Part shown: in pieces, positions 12,786 to 25,717 of the stretch | Position numbering within the stretch: position 1 is the first letter of the stretch | How the letters are laid out: each line of letters starts with the position of its first letter | Source: Moniliella sp. 'wahieum' | Lineage: Eukaryota | Direction of reading: 5' to 3' | Length of the DNA stretch: 64,000 nt | Assembly (NCBI GenBank): GCA_003971905.1 | Contig: RSEE01000042.1 | Location: forward strand, 1 to 64,000 | The notes under the pieces: model-generated | Database searches by the model: none | What the model was told of the DNA's origin: nothing | What the model saw: the letters and a program-made list of their open reading frames with translations, nothing else | Position numbers and translations under genes: made by a program

Positions 12786-13599
12786 CCAATCCCAATCGTA
12801 CTCCCCCCATTATAACCGGTACCCGAGAAACGGTAGCCCACCCGTCCCTCTCGTGCTTTTCGTGCTTTTTCTTTTCTTGGGGTTTCGTTTGCTTCGTTGG
12901 TCAAACTCATTCTTGTTGTCTTACCTTGCCTTACCTTGGCCCCTGCATTCTTCCCCCTTGCTCCTAGAAAGGGTAACCGGGTAACCCTTTCCGGCTCCCA
13001 CTTTCTTCCCTTTTCTTTTCCCTCCCCTCCCTCCCTTTGGCCTTCTGCCTCCATCCATCCACTTGCGCTTTATTTTCCCACAGCCCGCGCCTGGCTCCAA
13101 TTCGGTTCCTATTCGGTTCCAATTCGGTTCCGATTCCTCGCTGCATCGTCTGCGCTTGCATCGTCTGCCATCTTCAGACCTCGGTCCACGTGCAAAGACA
13201 AGGAGCTGGGCCGTGCTGGACTGAACAGGACTGAGTGGACAGCTGTGGTAGCACCTTCTCCCCCCCCCCCCCCCTCGAACGCACCCTCGAACGCCCCCTC
13301 GAACGCCTGCAATGACACGTTACACTACCCGACTCTAACTCCTGGCCGGTGATCTCTGCCCCTTGCCCCTTGACCTTTGACCCCAACCGAGCGACGGACC
13401 ATAGATAGGCGGCCATAGGGCAGCTAAACCCAACGCCTCAACCCGACACGACACAATACAACACAAAATAGGACACGAACAATCACTGCAAACTAAGCCA
13501 AGCGAGCCAAAAAAGACCAAACTAGCAAGCGAGTGTCTAGGAGGATAAGAAGGGTACAACCAACCTGGTACAACCTGGTACAACCTGGTACAGCCTAGT

Positions 13600-16500
13600 A
13601 ACAGTCTGGTACAGGACAAGCAGCATTCGAAGCGAACGCGACAGCGGCACAGCGCACCTCGCGCACCACCGGGACAGAACCGCGTAACCGGATCAAACTG
13701 GAGCGATCGAGATGGGGAACTCCGCTGGACGCTAACTAGGTGGCGCTGCGCGGCCAAAAGATCTGCGACGGAGTCAGATTGGTGGGGACTGGTACGACTG
13801 GGGAGGCCAGTGGTAAGACCAGTGGTAAGACCAGTGTCAAGGCTCGTGTCAAGGCTCGTGTCAAGGCTAGTGGTACGACCAGAGGGGTGATCAATGGTAC
13901 GACCAGTGGTAAGACCAGTAGTAAGGCCAGTGGGGAAGCTTGTGGGAGGGGGCAACTGCGGAGCTGGGCGTAACCCCTGTGGAGCCAAATAAGCGTACGT
14001 GGACAACCAAGTTTGCACATTAGCGTGGTGAGCGCTTTGCAAATCCAGCTCCAACACACGTGCGCGGAGGGACGCTTGCACAAGAGCCAACTAGTGGTTG
14101 GCATGTCCTGTTCGACCACCGCAATGCACTGTGCGACCCGGTCGCGCGTCGCTTTGCTCAGTGGCGCAGCTAGGCCCAAGAGCTGGCCACGGCGGTACAG
14201 CGTATCCAATGCTGCGTGCGCGCGGGAACATGCGTCCCGCGAAAGTGTCGTACGCGCTACCAGGTCCGCTACGTAGCTCGTCACGTGCGTGTAGAGCGTA
14301 GGACCGAGCGGCGCGTTGGTCCAGTCGGTACTGCTAGACGTATCGGTCGTGTGGTGGAGTTGTGGTACCGGAAGTAGTGGGAAATGTGTCAAGGGTAGAG
14401 TGCGAGTCTACCTGTTCGTCCGTGCGTTGGGAACGAATACGAGCTAGGAGTTGGTCCTGGGTGCGAAGGAGGTGGTCCACGTGCCGCACCCGGCCCAGCG
14501 GTACGAAGCGACCAAGTTGATCAGGTGAACCAGCTGTCCCGCTCGTGCGTTGGCGCAGAAAGGAGCAGTGTCCGACGACCATCGTACAACTGAAACGTAT
14601 GTGGCGCATCGGACGCCTGCACATACGCCACTCCCGACGCCAGGTTGGTCACTTCGTCCGGCACGGGCATCGCCGTCGCCATTGGAGTCGCCATTGGAGT
14701 CGCCATTGGAGTCGCCGTCGGCGTCGGGGCCGTACCGGAGGCACCAGCCGTACCGGACGCACCAGATGCACCAGACGAAGGGGGAACTGGAAGAGCGGAG
14801 GAAAGACTGGAGCAAATCGGGATCGCGGTACCAGAGCAACTGGGACGCAGTCAAGACTGCACCCCAAGCACGTTGTTTTTTATCTTTATCTTCCTTTTCT
14901 TTCCGTCGTACAGGGCCGAGCTTGACCAATCGCACCCACTCTTCGTCGACGTGCAACGCGCTGCCCGCGACGCCGACTTGCGAAGGACCAGGTACCGGCC
15001 CACCAGACCCACCAACTGTACCTTGCATCCGGCACGTCGGGGCCGTGAGGACCGCGGTGCGTATTACTTCCTCGTCGTACCCCGTAGGGAGGGAAGGTGC
15101 TTCCCCCCATGTCACAGAGAGTTGGAGTGAAGTCAGGTCGACTTTGTGGTTGTGGTTGTGGTTGTGGTTGTGGTTATGCAGGAGAAGCGGGTAAGGGTCG
15201 ACGCATTTACGTCCTGGTCCTGTCTTGTCCCGCGCGGTGCACGCGTACTGTCCGCATAGACAAATTCACACGCCGTCGTGTTGTCGTAAAAGTACTAGAG
15301 AAGAAACAAAGAAACAAAGAGAGAAAAAAGAGAGAGAGAGAGAGATCCAAGCAGCGTGTTAGTGGGCTGCTTGCCTTTGTAACCAAACCAAACGAGGCCA
15401 GTGGGGAAAAGTGTGAAAGTGCGTATGTGTAAGGGGGGGGGGGGGGGGGGGGGGGACGTACCTCCAACACTTCGTTCGGGATTGAACAGGTAACCTTAGT
15501 ATTCCTCACATAATCAGGGCGGAGCATGCGAGAGCGGTTATTGGAGTTAAAGTGGTCGGTATGAAGCATGAGGAGGGAAAAAGCCAGCACATAAGCTTCG
15601 TCCTGGTTCATCACAGTAGGGACATTGCACGTCGTGTACCGATGAGCAAACGCCTGTAGTACCCGATCAATCTGCTGCGTCTCCTTGGGCAACGTGCACT
15701 GCATCAGCACAGCACGCAAGGCGAGATCTAAGGGGTACCCAGCCCAGTCCCACTGCGCCAACTCCCTCTGCATCGCTGCGAGACATACTGGTTCAGCACG
15801 TGAAGCGAGCATCATCAACACTTCGCGCGGGGGGGTCGAGGCGTGTACCCGCACCAAGAACTGCTGGCTGATTCGTTGGGCGGGGGGAAAGGGTCGAGGT
15901 CGACTGGTGCATGCGCACGGATACCCCATTCCCCTCCTCTATCACCTCTTCCACAGGCGAGGAGACGGGACTGAGGGTCCGAGGGCTGGCGCCAGGGTTA
16001 GCGCGGGGGGAGGTAGAGGACAGTGCGCGACTGGCCCGAGGAGAACGGAAGAAGGAATTGGTCTTCTTCTTGTTCCGTCGTCCGCTTTCCAGCACCCCAG
16101 TACCACTGCCACTACCAGTACCAGTACCACCACTAGGCGAGACCGCCTGCAACTGCAACTGGGACTGGGACAGGGACGGACTGGGACTTAGACCACCACT
16201 ACCACCGGGACGCGAGAGTCCCTGAACCTGAGCCTGGGCCTGGACGTGGGACGGAGTGGGACTGAGACTCGAGAAGCTGGAGGTACTCCCGCTGCCACTG
16301 GGCCCCTGCGAAGCCGACGCTGAAACCGATGCTGAAACGGACCCAGAGGTCGAAACCGAGGTCGTCACACCGCGTGTGTCGGACAAGTCCAGGGACATCG
16401 TACGGTCCAATGCGCATTCACATTCACATGCACCGTGCTGGTGGGAGTGGGTCAGGGTAGCAGCAGGTGTGGGCAAGTGAGCATGGTAGGAGCAAGTGGA

Positions 16501-18818
16501 GCAGCAGCTGTAGGGCTCAGACCCGGATCCAAAACCAAATCCGAACCAGGATGCGAGATGGGACGTTCGACGCCCATTGGGCCCAGCACCGTGGATTCCG
16601 CCAAAGACGTGCGTGATGGGCAGCACACCGATTCGGCCAAGGACGTGTGCGAAGGTGAACGTGACCGCGAATGTGAGTGCGAACCCGACTGCGAACCCGA
16701 GTGCGAGTGCGACGGCGAGACAGACGGCGACGGCGAGGGGAAAGCAAAAGAGGCCATGGGCGCTGGCCAGGGCGGGGGCGTTACCGCGTCTCCATCTCCG
16801 CCTCCACCAGCGCCTACGCCTACGCCTGCGTCTCCGCCCACGCCTACGCCCACACTAACGCTGGGAGACGCCCGTAGGCAGATGGCAAGTCGGCAGATGC
16901 GTTCGCTCTGGGGAGGGAGACGGGGAGGGGGAGGCTAGAGCGTACCCCGAGTGGCGCGGGGGACGTTTGACGTCGTGCTGGACCTGGACCGAGCCGACGC
17001 ACGAGAGCGCTGGCCCAGCTGAGGTCTTCCCGTGCTGCACCCGTCGTCGTTCCCGTTCCCGGTCCGGCGCGCGGCGACGTACCTGTGCTCGTGGTGGTAC
17101 GTGTACTACCAGTAATACTCGGTGTTGTACTAGTGGTGGGGGGGGGGGTAAGCGTACCAGCGGTGGGGGGAAGTAGTCGTAGTAGTCGGACTAGTGGTAC
17201 CCAATGCAGCGCTCGACACCGGCATGGGTGTAGGGATCGGGAGTGTCGTTGCGGTCCTAGTGCGAGGGGTAAGTTCTTGCGACGGAGAAAGGAGCGTTTA
17301 TCCCCCCGCTCACGGTCACGATCCCCACCGCCACCACCAGGGGTGGCAGCCTTACGTTCCGAGCGCGAAAGGGTACTTGCTTTGACCAATCCCAATCCCG
17401 ACCCTGATCCCGATCCCGATCCCAATCCCGCCCCCGCCCCCGCCCCCGACCCTGACCCTGATGCAGACGAAGAAGATTTCCTCCCCCCCGACGACGAAGA
17501 TGGGGGGAGCAAGGGCGCATCGATACCCATGGCAATCCCAATGTCCAGGCCGAGACGGGTGCGCCAGTGCTGGCTTAACTGGCCCTGCATCGTCGCGTCC
17601 ATACTGTGCGCGCGCGAGACCGGTCCGGAACCAAGCGTGGAACCAGGACCAAGCGTGGAACCAGGACCAAGTGTCGAACCAGGACCAAGTGTCGAACCAG
17701 TGGAACCAGTGGAACCTGAACCAACGGGTAGAACGGGACGCAACCCTGTCCGTACGCGGAGGAGGCTTACCACTTCCCTTACCATTACCAGTATTTCCCT
17801 TAGCCTTCCCCTTCCCCTTCACATTAGCCTTGGTCTTACCCTGACCCGATCGCCATCCGCATCCAAATAAAAAACAACGATGCCAACGCGGCTGAGGACG
17901 AGGGCGGAGCGCCCTCCCTGCCTACGCGGTTACGCCAGTGCTTGTTCAGCTCCGATACCAACGCCGTGGAAGGAGCACCACTACCACCACTGCCACTGCT
18001 GCTGCGCGTGACGGTGTGGGTGCTGCTGCTGCGGGTTCCGGTGCCGGTGGGGGTGGGGGTGCAAGTGCTCCCACTCCTGCGGATGCCGGTGCCGGTGGGG
18101 GTGAAGGTGCTCCCACTGCTGCGGGAACAAGAAGCAGGAGGGGCACAGGCCGACTCCGACCCCAAACCCGACCCCAACCCCGACCGCGACACGCCCGCCC
18201 ACCTGCATCTGCATTCCCAGCTCCCACACCCACACCCACACCGTCTGCCCCCCTTCCCCCCCTATTCCCCCTGCACCCACTGCACCCACTGCACCCACTG
18301 CACCCACTGCTGCGGGTCCTCCTTCAGGAGTGGGGGGGTGATCACGCTGATCATCCACGGGCTGCTGGTCATCCACGGGACGCTGGTCATCCACGGGCCG
18401 CGGCTCAGAACCCCACTCCCACTCGGCACCCGCGGGGGCGTAAGGACGTAGTAGTAGCACCTGAAAGTCCAAGGGGCGTCACGGTAGCTTGCGAACTGGA
18501 TTTGGATACGATGCTCGCACCGGACGAAATGGTTGGACCAACTGCGCTTGTGTCGGCAAGTACGCTGGCGGGTACGCTGACGGGTACGCTGGCGGGTACG
18601 CTGACGGGTACGGTGGTGGGGGTGGTGGGTACGGTTGCGGGTACGGTTGCGGGTACGGTGGCGGTACCCTCCGGGGAGTGGGTGGGGTGCGGGATGGGGT
18701 CACAGGTACCATCGGGTGGACGATGTGCCTCGACGCTAGATTGGAGCGGGGTGGGATTCGTCTGTTGGGTATGCGTGTGGGGGAGAAACAGAACCCGAAA
18801 CAAACCAGAACCAGAATT

Positions 18819-18852
<34 letters not shown>

Positions 18853-18861
18853 GAACCAGAA

Positions 18862-18904
<43 letters not shown>

Positions 18905-19928
18905 CGAAACAAAACCAGAACCAGGGAAGAGTTAGGCTGGATCCCAAGCAAGCACAGCAAGTACCAGCAGACGATGATGCACGTCTCCAGCAGCGAGCAC
19001 GGGAAGGGGGGGGGGGGGGGGGGACGTACATCGAACGGCAAACTAGGCTGGGGTAAACGGAAAGTAAACTGTTCCTCGGCTGGTCAACTTGGTCCGCCTG
19101 GTCAACTTGGGGTTCCTCAGCCTCGTTGGTTTCAGCCAGGTCGTACGCTAGTGGCGAGCGGTGGATGGCGGTGGCGAGCGAGAACCGGAACAGGACCGAG
19201 ACCCCGAACCCGAACTGAACCCGAACCCGAACCCGAACCTGAACGGGACCGGGACCGGGGACCCAGCTGCTTGCCCCGGGGCTCCATGTCCATGTTCATG
19301 TCCAGATCAAGATCCTGGTCCTGGTCCAGGTCAACGTACCGGCCATAGTCGGGCGCGCGCCAGCGACTGGGCTCGGGGGGGGTAACCTGGGGGGTAAACC
19401 GGGGGGTAAACCGGGGGATAAACCGGGGGATAAACCGGGGGCAAGACGGTAGGGGAGACGCGGGTGTATGTGTAGGTGTAGGTGTGAGAGTGGGAGATAG
19501 CCGGGAGGTAGGGTAGGAGGTAGTGGAGGTAGAGGGGGAGGTGAGGGAGGAAGGGCAGGTGGGGCGGGTGGAGCTGGAGCTTGCGCTAGGGCGGCGGGAG
19601 GAGGAGCTGTAGCGCGTGTGTGTGTGTGTATGTGTATGTGTGTGGGTGAGTGTAAGGGGCGAAGAAGGCGGAAGGGCAGGGAGGGGCGATGTAGGTGCCG
19701 GTGGGCGGGGTGGGATGCTGGGGCGCGGCAGGCGCGGGGAGATGCGGAAGGAGAGTGGGGACGTGGTAGGGGATGCAGAGGGGGAGGGGGAGGGGGAGAT
19801 AGAGGCTGGTCTGTGGGGGTGCGGGTACAGGTGGGTGGGGAGCGAGCGGGGACGATGGGCCGCAGCCGACGCGGGGGACGGCGGGGCGCGGCAAGTGCGG
19901 GGTGGGGGGCGGCCTGGGGGGACGACAT
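13600..19928 (-). CDS. Sec7-domain Arf guanine-nucleotide exchange factor with PH domain (Syt1-like), very long low-complexity N-terminus
   Basis: Sec7 core at ~15460-15830: LDLALRAVLMQCTLPKETQQIDRVLQAFAHRY..YVLAFSLLMLHTDHFNSNNRSRM..YVRNT (glutamic finger in PKE); PH region 14500-14940: KLGPVRRK..AWGAVLTASQLLWYRD, HTFQL..LLLSA..ERDSW. N-terminal extent (to ATG at ~19928) is inferred from chained Ser/Gly/Pro-rich ORFs, and both ends are uncertain. Confidence 0.8.
18787..18922. repeat. (GAACCA)n hexamer microsatellite
   Basis: Long imperfect run of AGAACC units. Confidence 0.9.
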
Positions 19929-20646
19929 GGCCAGCAGGCAGGAGCCCACGGATGGGAGTGAGGGGGGGGGAGGGGTGGAGGGGTGGAGAGAGGGCAGATG
20001 GATGGATGGTTGGACGGATGGAGGGACGGATGGAGGGACGGATGGAGGGACGGATGGAGGGACAGATGGTTGGATGGATGGAGACAGGCCAGGTACGGTG
20101 ATGTTACTACGGGGTGTGTGCGAGACGCATGTGGGTCCCAACGTACCCATCCATCCTGTGTGCTAGGCGGAGGCAGGAGGGGGCAGAGCAGAACAGGTAC
20201 GGGTGGGTTAGCGCGTCGCCTGCTCGGGTGGAGGAAGCACCGGTGGCTTGTCGCTCCGTGGCCATGCAATATGCCCCCAAGAAGTATGTATTTTCCTCTG
20301 GTTGTACTTGTGTGCACGTGCGCATCCCCTCGTCTGCCACACACGCACCAACCCTAGCGTGCGCCCACCTCCCATGTCCCATGTCCCATGTCCCATGTCA
20401 CATGTCACACGTGATGATATGGGCCTTGCCGCTGGCAGTCTGTGACATGCAAGGCCAGTGGCAACCAAGCGTCCCATGGCCCCATCCATCCTCGTCCACC
20501 ACCCATCGAGGGGGTGTTGCAGCGTGCGCCTACCGACGCCCTCGCCAGCCTACATACCGTGGCAGTGGACGTGCGTGCTTTCCCTGAGGCCTGATGGCCC
20601 TAGGCGCCCACATGGTGCTGGCCCATGTGGAGCGAGCACATCGACG

Positions 20647-20680
<34 letters not shown>

Positions 20681-21135
20681 CGCACAGAAGAGGAGGATGG
20701 AGGATGGAGGATGGATGAGGTGCCACTGCCAGGCACGCACGTAGGGTTGTGCATTTGCATTGCCCATTGTGCACCCTGAGCCTGACATGTGACATGCGTC
20801 GAAAGAGATCAACACACGCCGACGACGCGCGCTGTGCCTGCCGCGTCCGGGGGGGCGGGAGAGTGGGTGTGCCAGGGCAGCTGCGCACGGGTGTCTCAGG
20901 CAGCGCCACACGCCGCGCTGGCCAGCACTCCCCGTGGCAGCCTGCCCTGCCGCAGTAGGGTTGTTGCCTTGCCTCGCCGTTCGCCCACCCACGTCCCACC
21001 ACCTGTGCGCTGGCAGCTGGCACCCAGCGCAGCACCTCCTCCATCTCCCATCTCCCATTCATCCTCCCTCCTCCTTCTTCCCCGCCTCCTCCTTCTCCTC
21101 CTCCTCCTTCTCCTTCCCCCCCCCGTTCGCTCCCC

Positions 21136-22241
21136 ATGTCGGCGCCCTCCCGCCCGCACAGCGCGTTCGGCCTGCGCGACATGCCCGCCAACACCTCCAG
21201 CCTGGCCGAGCGCATTGCCGCCCTCCAGCGCGCCAACTCGGCCCAAGCGTTCACCCCAAACCCCATGGCCGCGCCTCTCTCCCGGCCTCTCTCCCCGCCA
21301 CCACCCCCTCTGGCTCTGCACTGCCTCTGCCTCTGGCTCCAGCCCCACTCAGCAACAGCACGGCGGGGGTATCTGACCCCACCGAGCTCGCTGCAGGACC
21401 GAATTGCGCGACTACAAGCGCATTCGCATTCCGCGTCGGCCTCTCCGCCCAGTGCATTGACGCTCGGGCGTGACCGACTGGTCGCGCGGCGCTTCTCTCT
21501 CGACCCTTTGCCTTCTACCACGCCCTCTGCGGCTGCGGCTGCGCCTACAGCTTTCCCCGTGTCGCATGTGCGCTGCGCAGCCCGTCCCGTCGATGGTCCC
21601 TCGCCCCCTCGGACGTGTCCACGACGCGAGCGAGTCGGCCCCCAGCGTGGTCGTATCGTGCGACGGCGATTCGGTCTCTACGGCCGCTACGGAACATGGC
21701 TTCCATAGTCCTTTGCCTTTACCTTTGCCTTCGCCTACGACCACAGGCGCAGCCACAGGTACACCCTCGGCCACAGGCACAAGTACAACTACAACTACAA
21801 GTACAAATACAAGCTCAACGTTGGACCTGGTGCGCGCGCGGCACAGGAAGCTATCCTGCAAGCCCGGCGGAACGGAGCGCTGAGCCCATCCGAGGGCCAC
21901 GATATGCTCACGAACTACACACGCGTCTGCTACGTGGCGAGCCAGCGACAAGCAAAAGGCCTCCAAAAGGTCGGGTGCTGAGCATCACAAAGGACCAAGT
22001 CCCTGACCACCAGCTTGCTCTCGCCCCCGCGCACGACGCCGGAGGCAACGTGAACGTGAACGTGAACGTAAACCTGAATCTGAACGCGAACGTGGATCTG
22101 AACGTGATGTGTCCAAATCACCCCGACCTACTACTCCCACCGTATCGCGTCAAGCTTCCTTCCGCTCAGACGCTTCGGCTTCCGGGTCCACCTGCCCTCC
22201 CCTTCGCCCCTCCGCCCCCTTCGCCCACTCCTCTCCTGCGC

Positions 22242-22272
<31 letters not shown>

Positions 22273-23205
22273 GGATTCTGTCTCCCCCCAGGCTGAGGCT
22301 GAGCCGGCGGCTGCGTCGGATTCTGTCTCCTCGAGCCTGTGGCTGCGGCTGAGGCTGAGGCTGAGGCTGGGGTTGACCACGAGGCTCACCCCGAGGCTAC
22401 GGCTACGGCTAACCACGAGGCCGAAGCTGGCCCCGCTTCTGACCCCGCGACTGACCCCACGGTGGACCCCGCGAGGGAGGTACCGTCCCCCCCGAGAGAG
22501 CAGGACGACCCAAAGCACACCACGAAAGTCCACCCGACAGACCCACGAAAGACGACAGGAGGCACGGGGCGAAAGACGCCACCAGGGAACTGGGTCCCAC
22601 CCTACCCCTATCCCTATCCCGATCCGTATCCCGCACATCGTCCCGTCGACGCTCTCACCCATTCCCTTCGCCTGTGGCTGTGCCTTCCCTCCGCGTGACC
22701 CGCGTCACGGACGCCCAACGTACCCCTCACCTGCACCACACCAGCACCCACTGCAGCACGCGACGCGGTACCGGCACACGCTGCAGCACCCCGCTCCAGC
22801 ACGCGACGCGGGTCAGGCACCGATTCCAACACGGTACGCGGGTACCTGTACCGACGGCGCCAGCCTCCGTCTCAGGGTCGGGGTCGCAGTCAGGGTCAGG
22901 GTGGCTCGGTTGGGGTTGCTGCGGCCACGTCGTCCCTGCGCGCTAGTGTGTCCCATCGGTCACTCCAGTCGCTACCTCTGTAGCTGAACCAGTGGGTCCA
23001 ACTGTCACCAGTGAGTGCATCAGTACCTGAAAACGAGGCAGTAGTAGCTAAGCCGGTCTCTGGATCGGGACCTGTTCGCGCGCCCGTGCGAAGGTCGGGA
23101 CTGCGTCGATCCCCGGTGGGCGCGTTCGTCTCCCTAGCAGACCTCGAAGCGAGCGACGATGAGTGGGACGAGCCGGGTTGGGCTACTGTCGTGTCTCGGT
23201 CCTAG
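21136..23205 (+). CDS. Hypothetical Pro/Ser-rich protein
   Basis: ATG after a CT-rich leader; repeated SLAERIAALQR / SLQDRIARLQ motifs; central LDLVRARHRKL..RYAHELHTRLLRGE; ends LEASDDEWDEPGWATVVSRS*. Chained through frameshifts. Confidence 0.6.
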
Positions 23206-23695
23206 GGCGGAGGGCGTGGGGGCGGAGGGCAATCTGTCTCGATGGTCAACTCGATCTCCATCTTTCTCTTTTTTTCGTTCTCGTGCTTCTGCCCTCCTCG
23301 GACGCCACCCCTCACTCCCTCCCTCACTCACCCACATTCACATTCACACCCCCCTCACCCACATTCACCACTACACAGCCTCAACCACAGCCTCAACTAC
23401 ACCCTCAACCACACCCTCAACACACCCTCAACCACAACCACTCGCTCATTTTCTTCTTTCTTCTTTTCCCTTCCGTACCACTGGCGCTACCCCCCTTCCG
23501 TACCATTGTCACTACCCCCCCCCTTCTGTCCCACTATCACTAATCGCTACCACCCCCCTCCCATCCCACTGTCCCTACCTCTCCCTCCCATCCCACTGTC
23601 CCTACCCCCCCTACCCCCTCGATGGATTGGATGGGTTCGGGACGGGTTGTGCTTGGGCGCTGGATCGGAAGTCTCTTGGTTCCCTGCCCCTCCCC

Positions 23696-23763
23696 ACTAC
23701 ACTACACTACACTACACTACACTACACTACTACACTACACTACACTACACTACACTACACTAC
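23696..23763. repeat. (ACACT)n pentamer microsatellite; a (CCATCT)n run lies nearby at ~23987-24038
   Basis: Direct reading: about 13 CACTA units between convergent genes. Confidence 0.95.
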
Positions 23764-24125
23764 CCTGCCACTCACCACCCCTACCACCCGCACCACACCT
23801 TACCAACCCACACACACTCTCTCTTTCTCTGTCTCTGCCTCTTGTCCCATGTCCATGTCCCATATCACCAGTCACCAGTCACCAGTTCGTTCACACCAAC
23901 TACCCCCCCCTCGGCCTCAGGGTCTTACCACTCGTCCGTCGCTCTTTCTTTGTCTGCATACCCCTCTCCCGCCGTATCTCCGTCTTCATCTCCATCTCCA
24001 TCTCCATCTCCATCTCCATCTCATCTCCATCTCCATCTCGACCCAAATTGCATTCCTTTGGCCTTGGCCCAATTAGACAATGACAATGAACAGCTGAACA
24101 GCTGAACAGCGGAACAGGTACCACG

Positions 24126-25411
24126 TTAGCGTGTCGCGCCAGCCTCGCCGTACTCGACCAGGCGCTACCGTATCCCACAAACCAAAGACAAACACAAACA
24201 CAGACCCAAACAAAGTGTCAGTTGCTCCACCCCACCCAACACCCAGTACCCAACACCCAACCCCAATACAGAGTACCCCAAGAAAAAAACGTACGAGCAA
24301 GTTACGTTGGAGCATGGCGATGGTCAACTTGCCAATGGCAGGCAAGTACTGGCTTGCGCGGGAGCGGCAATCCTTATCGAAATTCTTTTCGAGGAAAAGT
24401 TGATGCAGGTAGCGCCAGGCTTGATGAGCGCGGTGGGGATCTTGAAATCGGCCGAGGGCACACCGCAATGACCACGTCGGAGCGGGGCACGACCTGGTCC
24501 AAGGTCAACTCAGTAGCTTGGACCGAATGGTGAGCGCGCAAACGGCGTGCAGCATTCTGTGCGCGGGCAGCCTGGACACGCGCCGAGCCCGAACGCTCCG
24601 TATCGGCTCCCACGGACGCATCTTTTTCTTTTCGGAACAGTAGCACACCATCCAAGTCGACGTGTACACTGTGGCGCCATCGTTGGCCAGCAGCGCAGCC
24701 AATGGCCGCCCGACCACTTCGGACCGATTGACAATCGTCACCGTCTGCCCTGCAGCCGATCGCCATAGGCCAACTTGCTATCGTACACCCCATCGCTTCC
24801 AGACACTTGACCACGGCCAACGGCGTGCAGGGTAAGATCGACTTGGCGAATCCCGTGGGCGGTTCGGCGCCGTTTGCGTCTGCCGATGTGGCAGCGACTT
24901 CCGTTGCTGTGCCCGGAGCGCGGCCGACGTCAGCAGGCTTGAGCCAGCGCACGTTGTGGTACATGTTCCAGCAATAGGAAAAGTGTAGGCCCTCTACATC
25001 TTTGCGCGGATCAACAATTTGCTGAAGATACGTGTCCCTTCTTCCGCCAAAGATGGGGTAGTACACCATGACGCCGTCGACGCCAGCATCGGCATTGGCC
25101 GCAATGATCAAGTCTTCCACGTCGGCCTCGAGGGTGGAAGGTGCATCGGACGCAGGTGTGCTCTCGTCCCACGTATGCCAAATCTCAAAATCAATGCCGA
25201 CTGCATCGCATGCCTTCTGGTCCACTCGGCATACGCAATGCTCGGAGCCGATCGGGTGGCCAGGATGCCCACCAGACGCGGCGCCGACTGCCCGCGCGCG
25301 ATGCGCGCAGCAATCTCCGCGGCGGTGGCGGCGGTGAAAGGGTCGCTGATCGAGGACGCCTTCCACAGCTTGCCTCAGGACGGGCGCATCGGCAGGACGG
25401 CTGGTGCTCAT
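24126..25411 (-). CDS. MTD1: NAD-dependent 5,10-methylenetetrahydrofolate dehydrogenase
   Basis: YAEWT..ACDAVG, ANAD..VDGVMVYYPIFGG..DTYLQQIVDPRKDVEGL, MYHNVRWL, KSILPCTPLAVVKCLE, TIVNRSEVVGRPLAALLANDGA, YLPAIGKLTIAMLQRNLL-(intron ~24165-24294)-RLVEYGEAGATR*. Confidence 0.93.
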
Positions 25412-25439
25412 GGCGACGCGGCAGGGACGAGGGACGAGA

Positions 25440-25490
25440 AGGAGGAGGAGGAGGAGGAGGAGGAGGAGGAGGAGGAGGAGGAGGAGGAGG
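25440..25490. repeat. (GAG)n trinucleotide microsatellite in the MTD1 5' leader
   Basis: About 16 GAG units (CTC on the coding strand). Confidence 0.95.
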
Positions 25491-25717
25491 TCGAGGCGAG
25501 GAAAACCACACACTGTGCTCGGCTGGCTGCAGCCACTTTTTGCTCGCTTCTTAGTTTTTAGTCCGCGCACGTGTGTGGCTGCCTAGCCAAAAAAAAACCA
25601 CCTCTTCCGCCTGTTCCGCTGCGGCTGACGTAACGCCGCCCCCTGGGGCGGAAGCGCCGACGGCAACGGCGGAAGGCCGCAGCAGACCAAAGCGGAGCCC
25701 AGCTGAGCGCCGCCTGA

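Noticed and set aside
23696..23763. (CACTA)n as CACTA transposon termini or a telomeric repeat
   Set aside because: A simple direct microsatellite with no inverted partner or transposase, and not TTAGGG-like.
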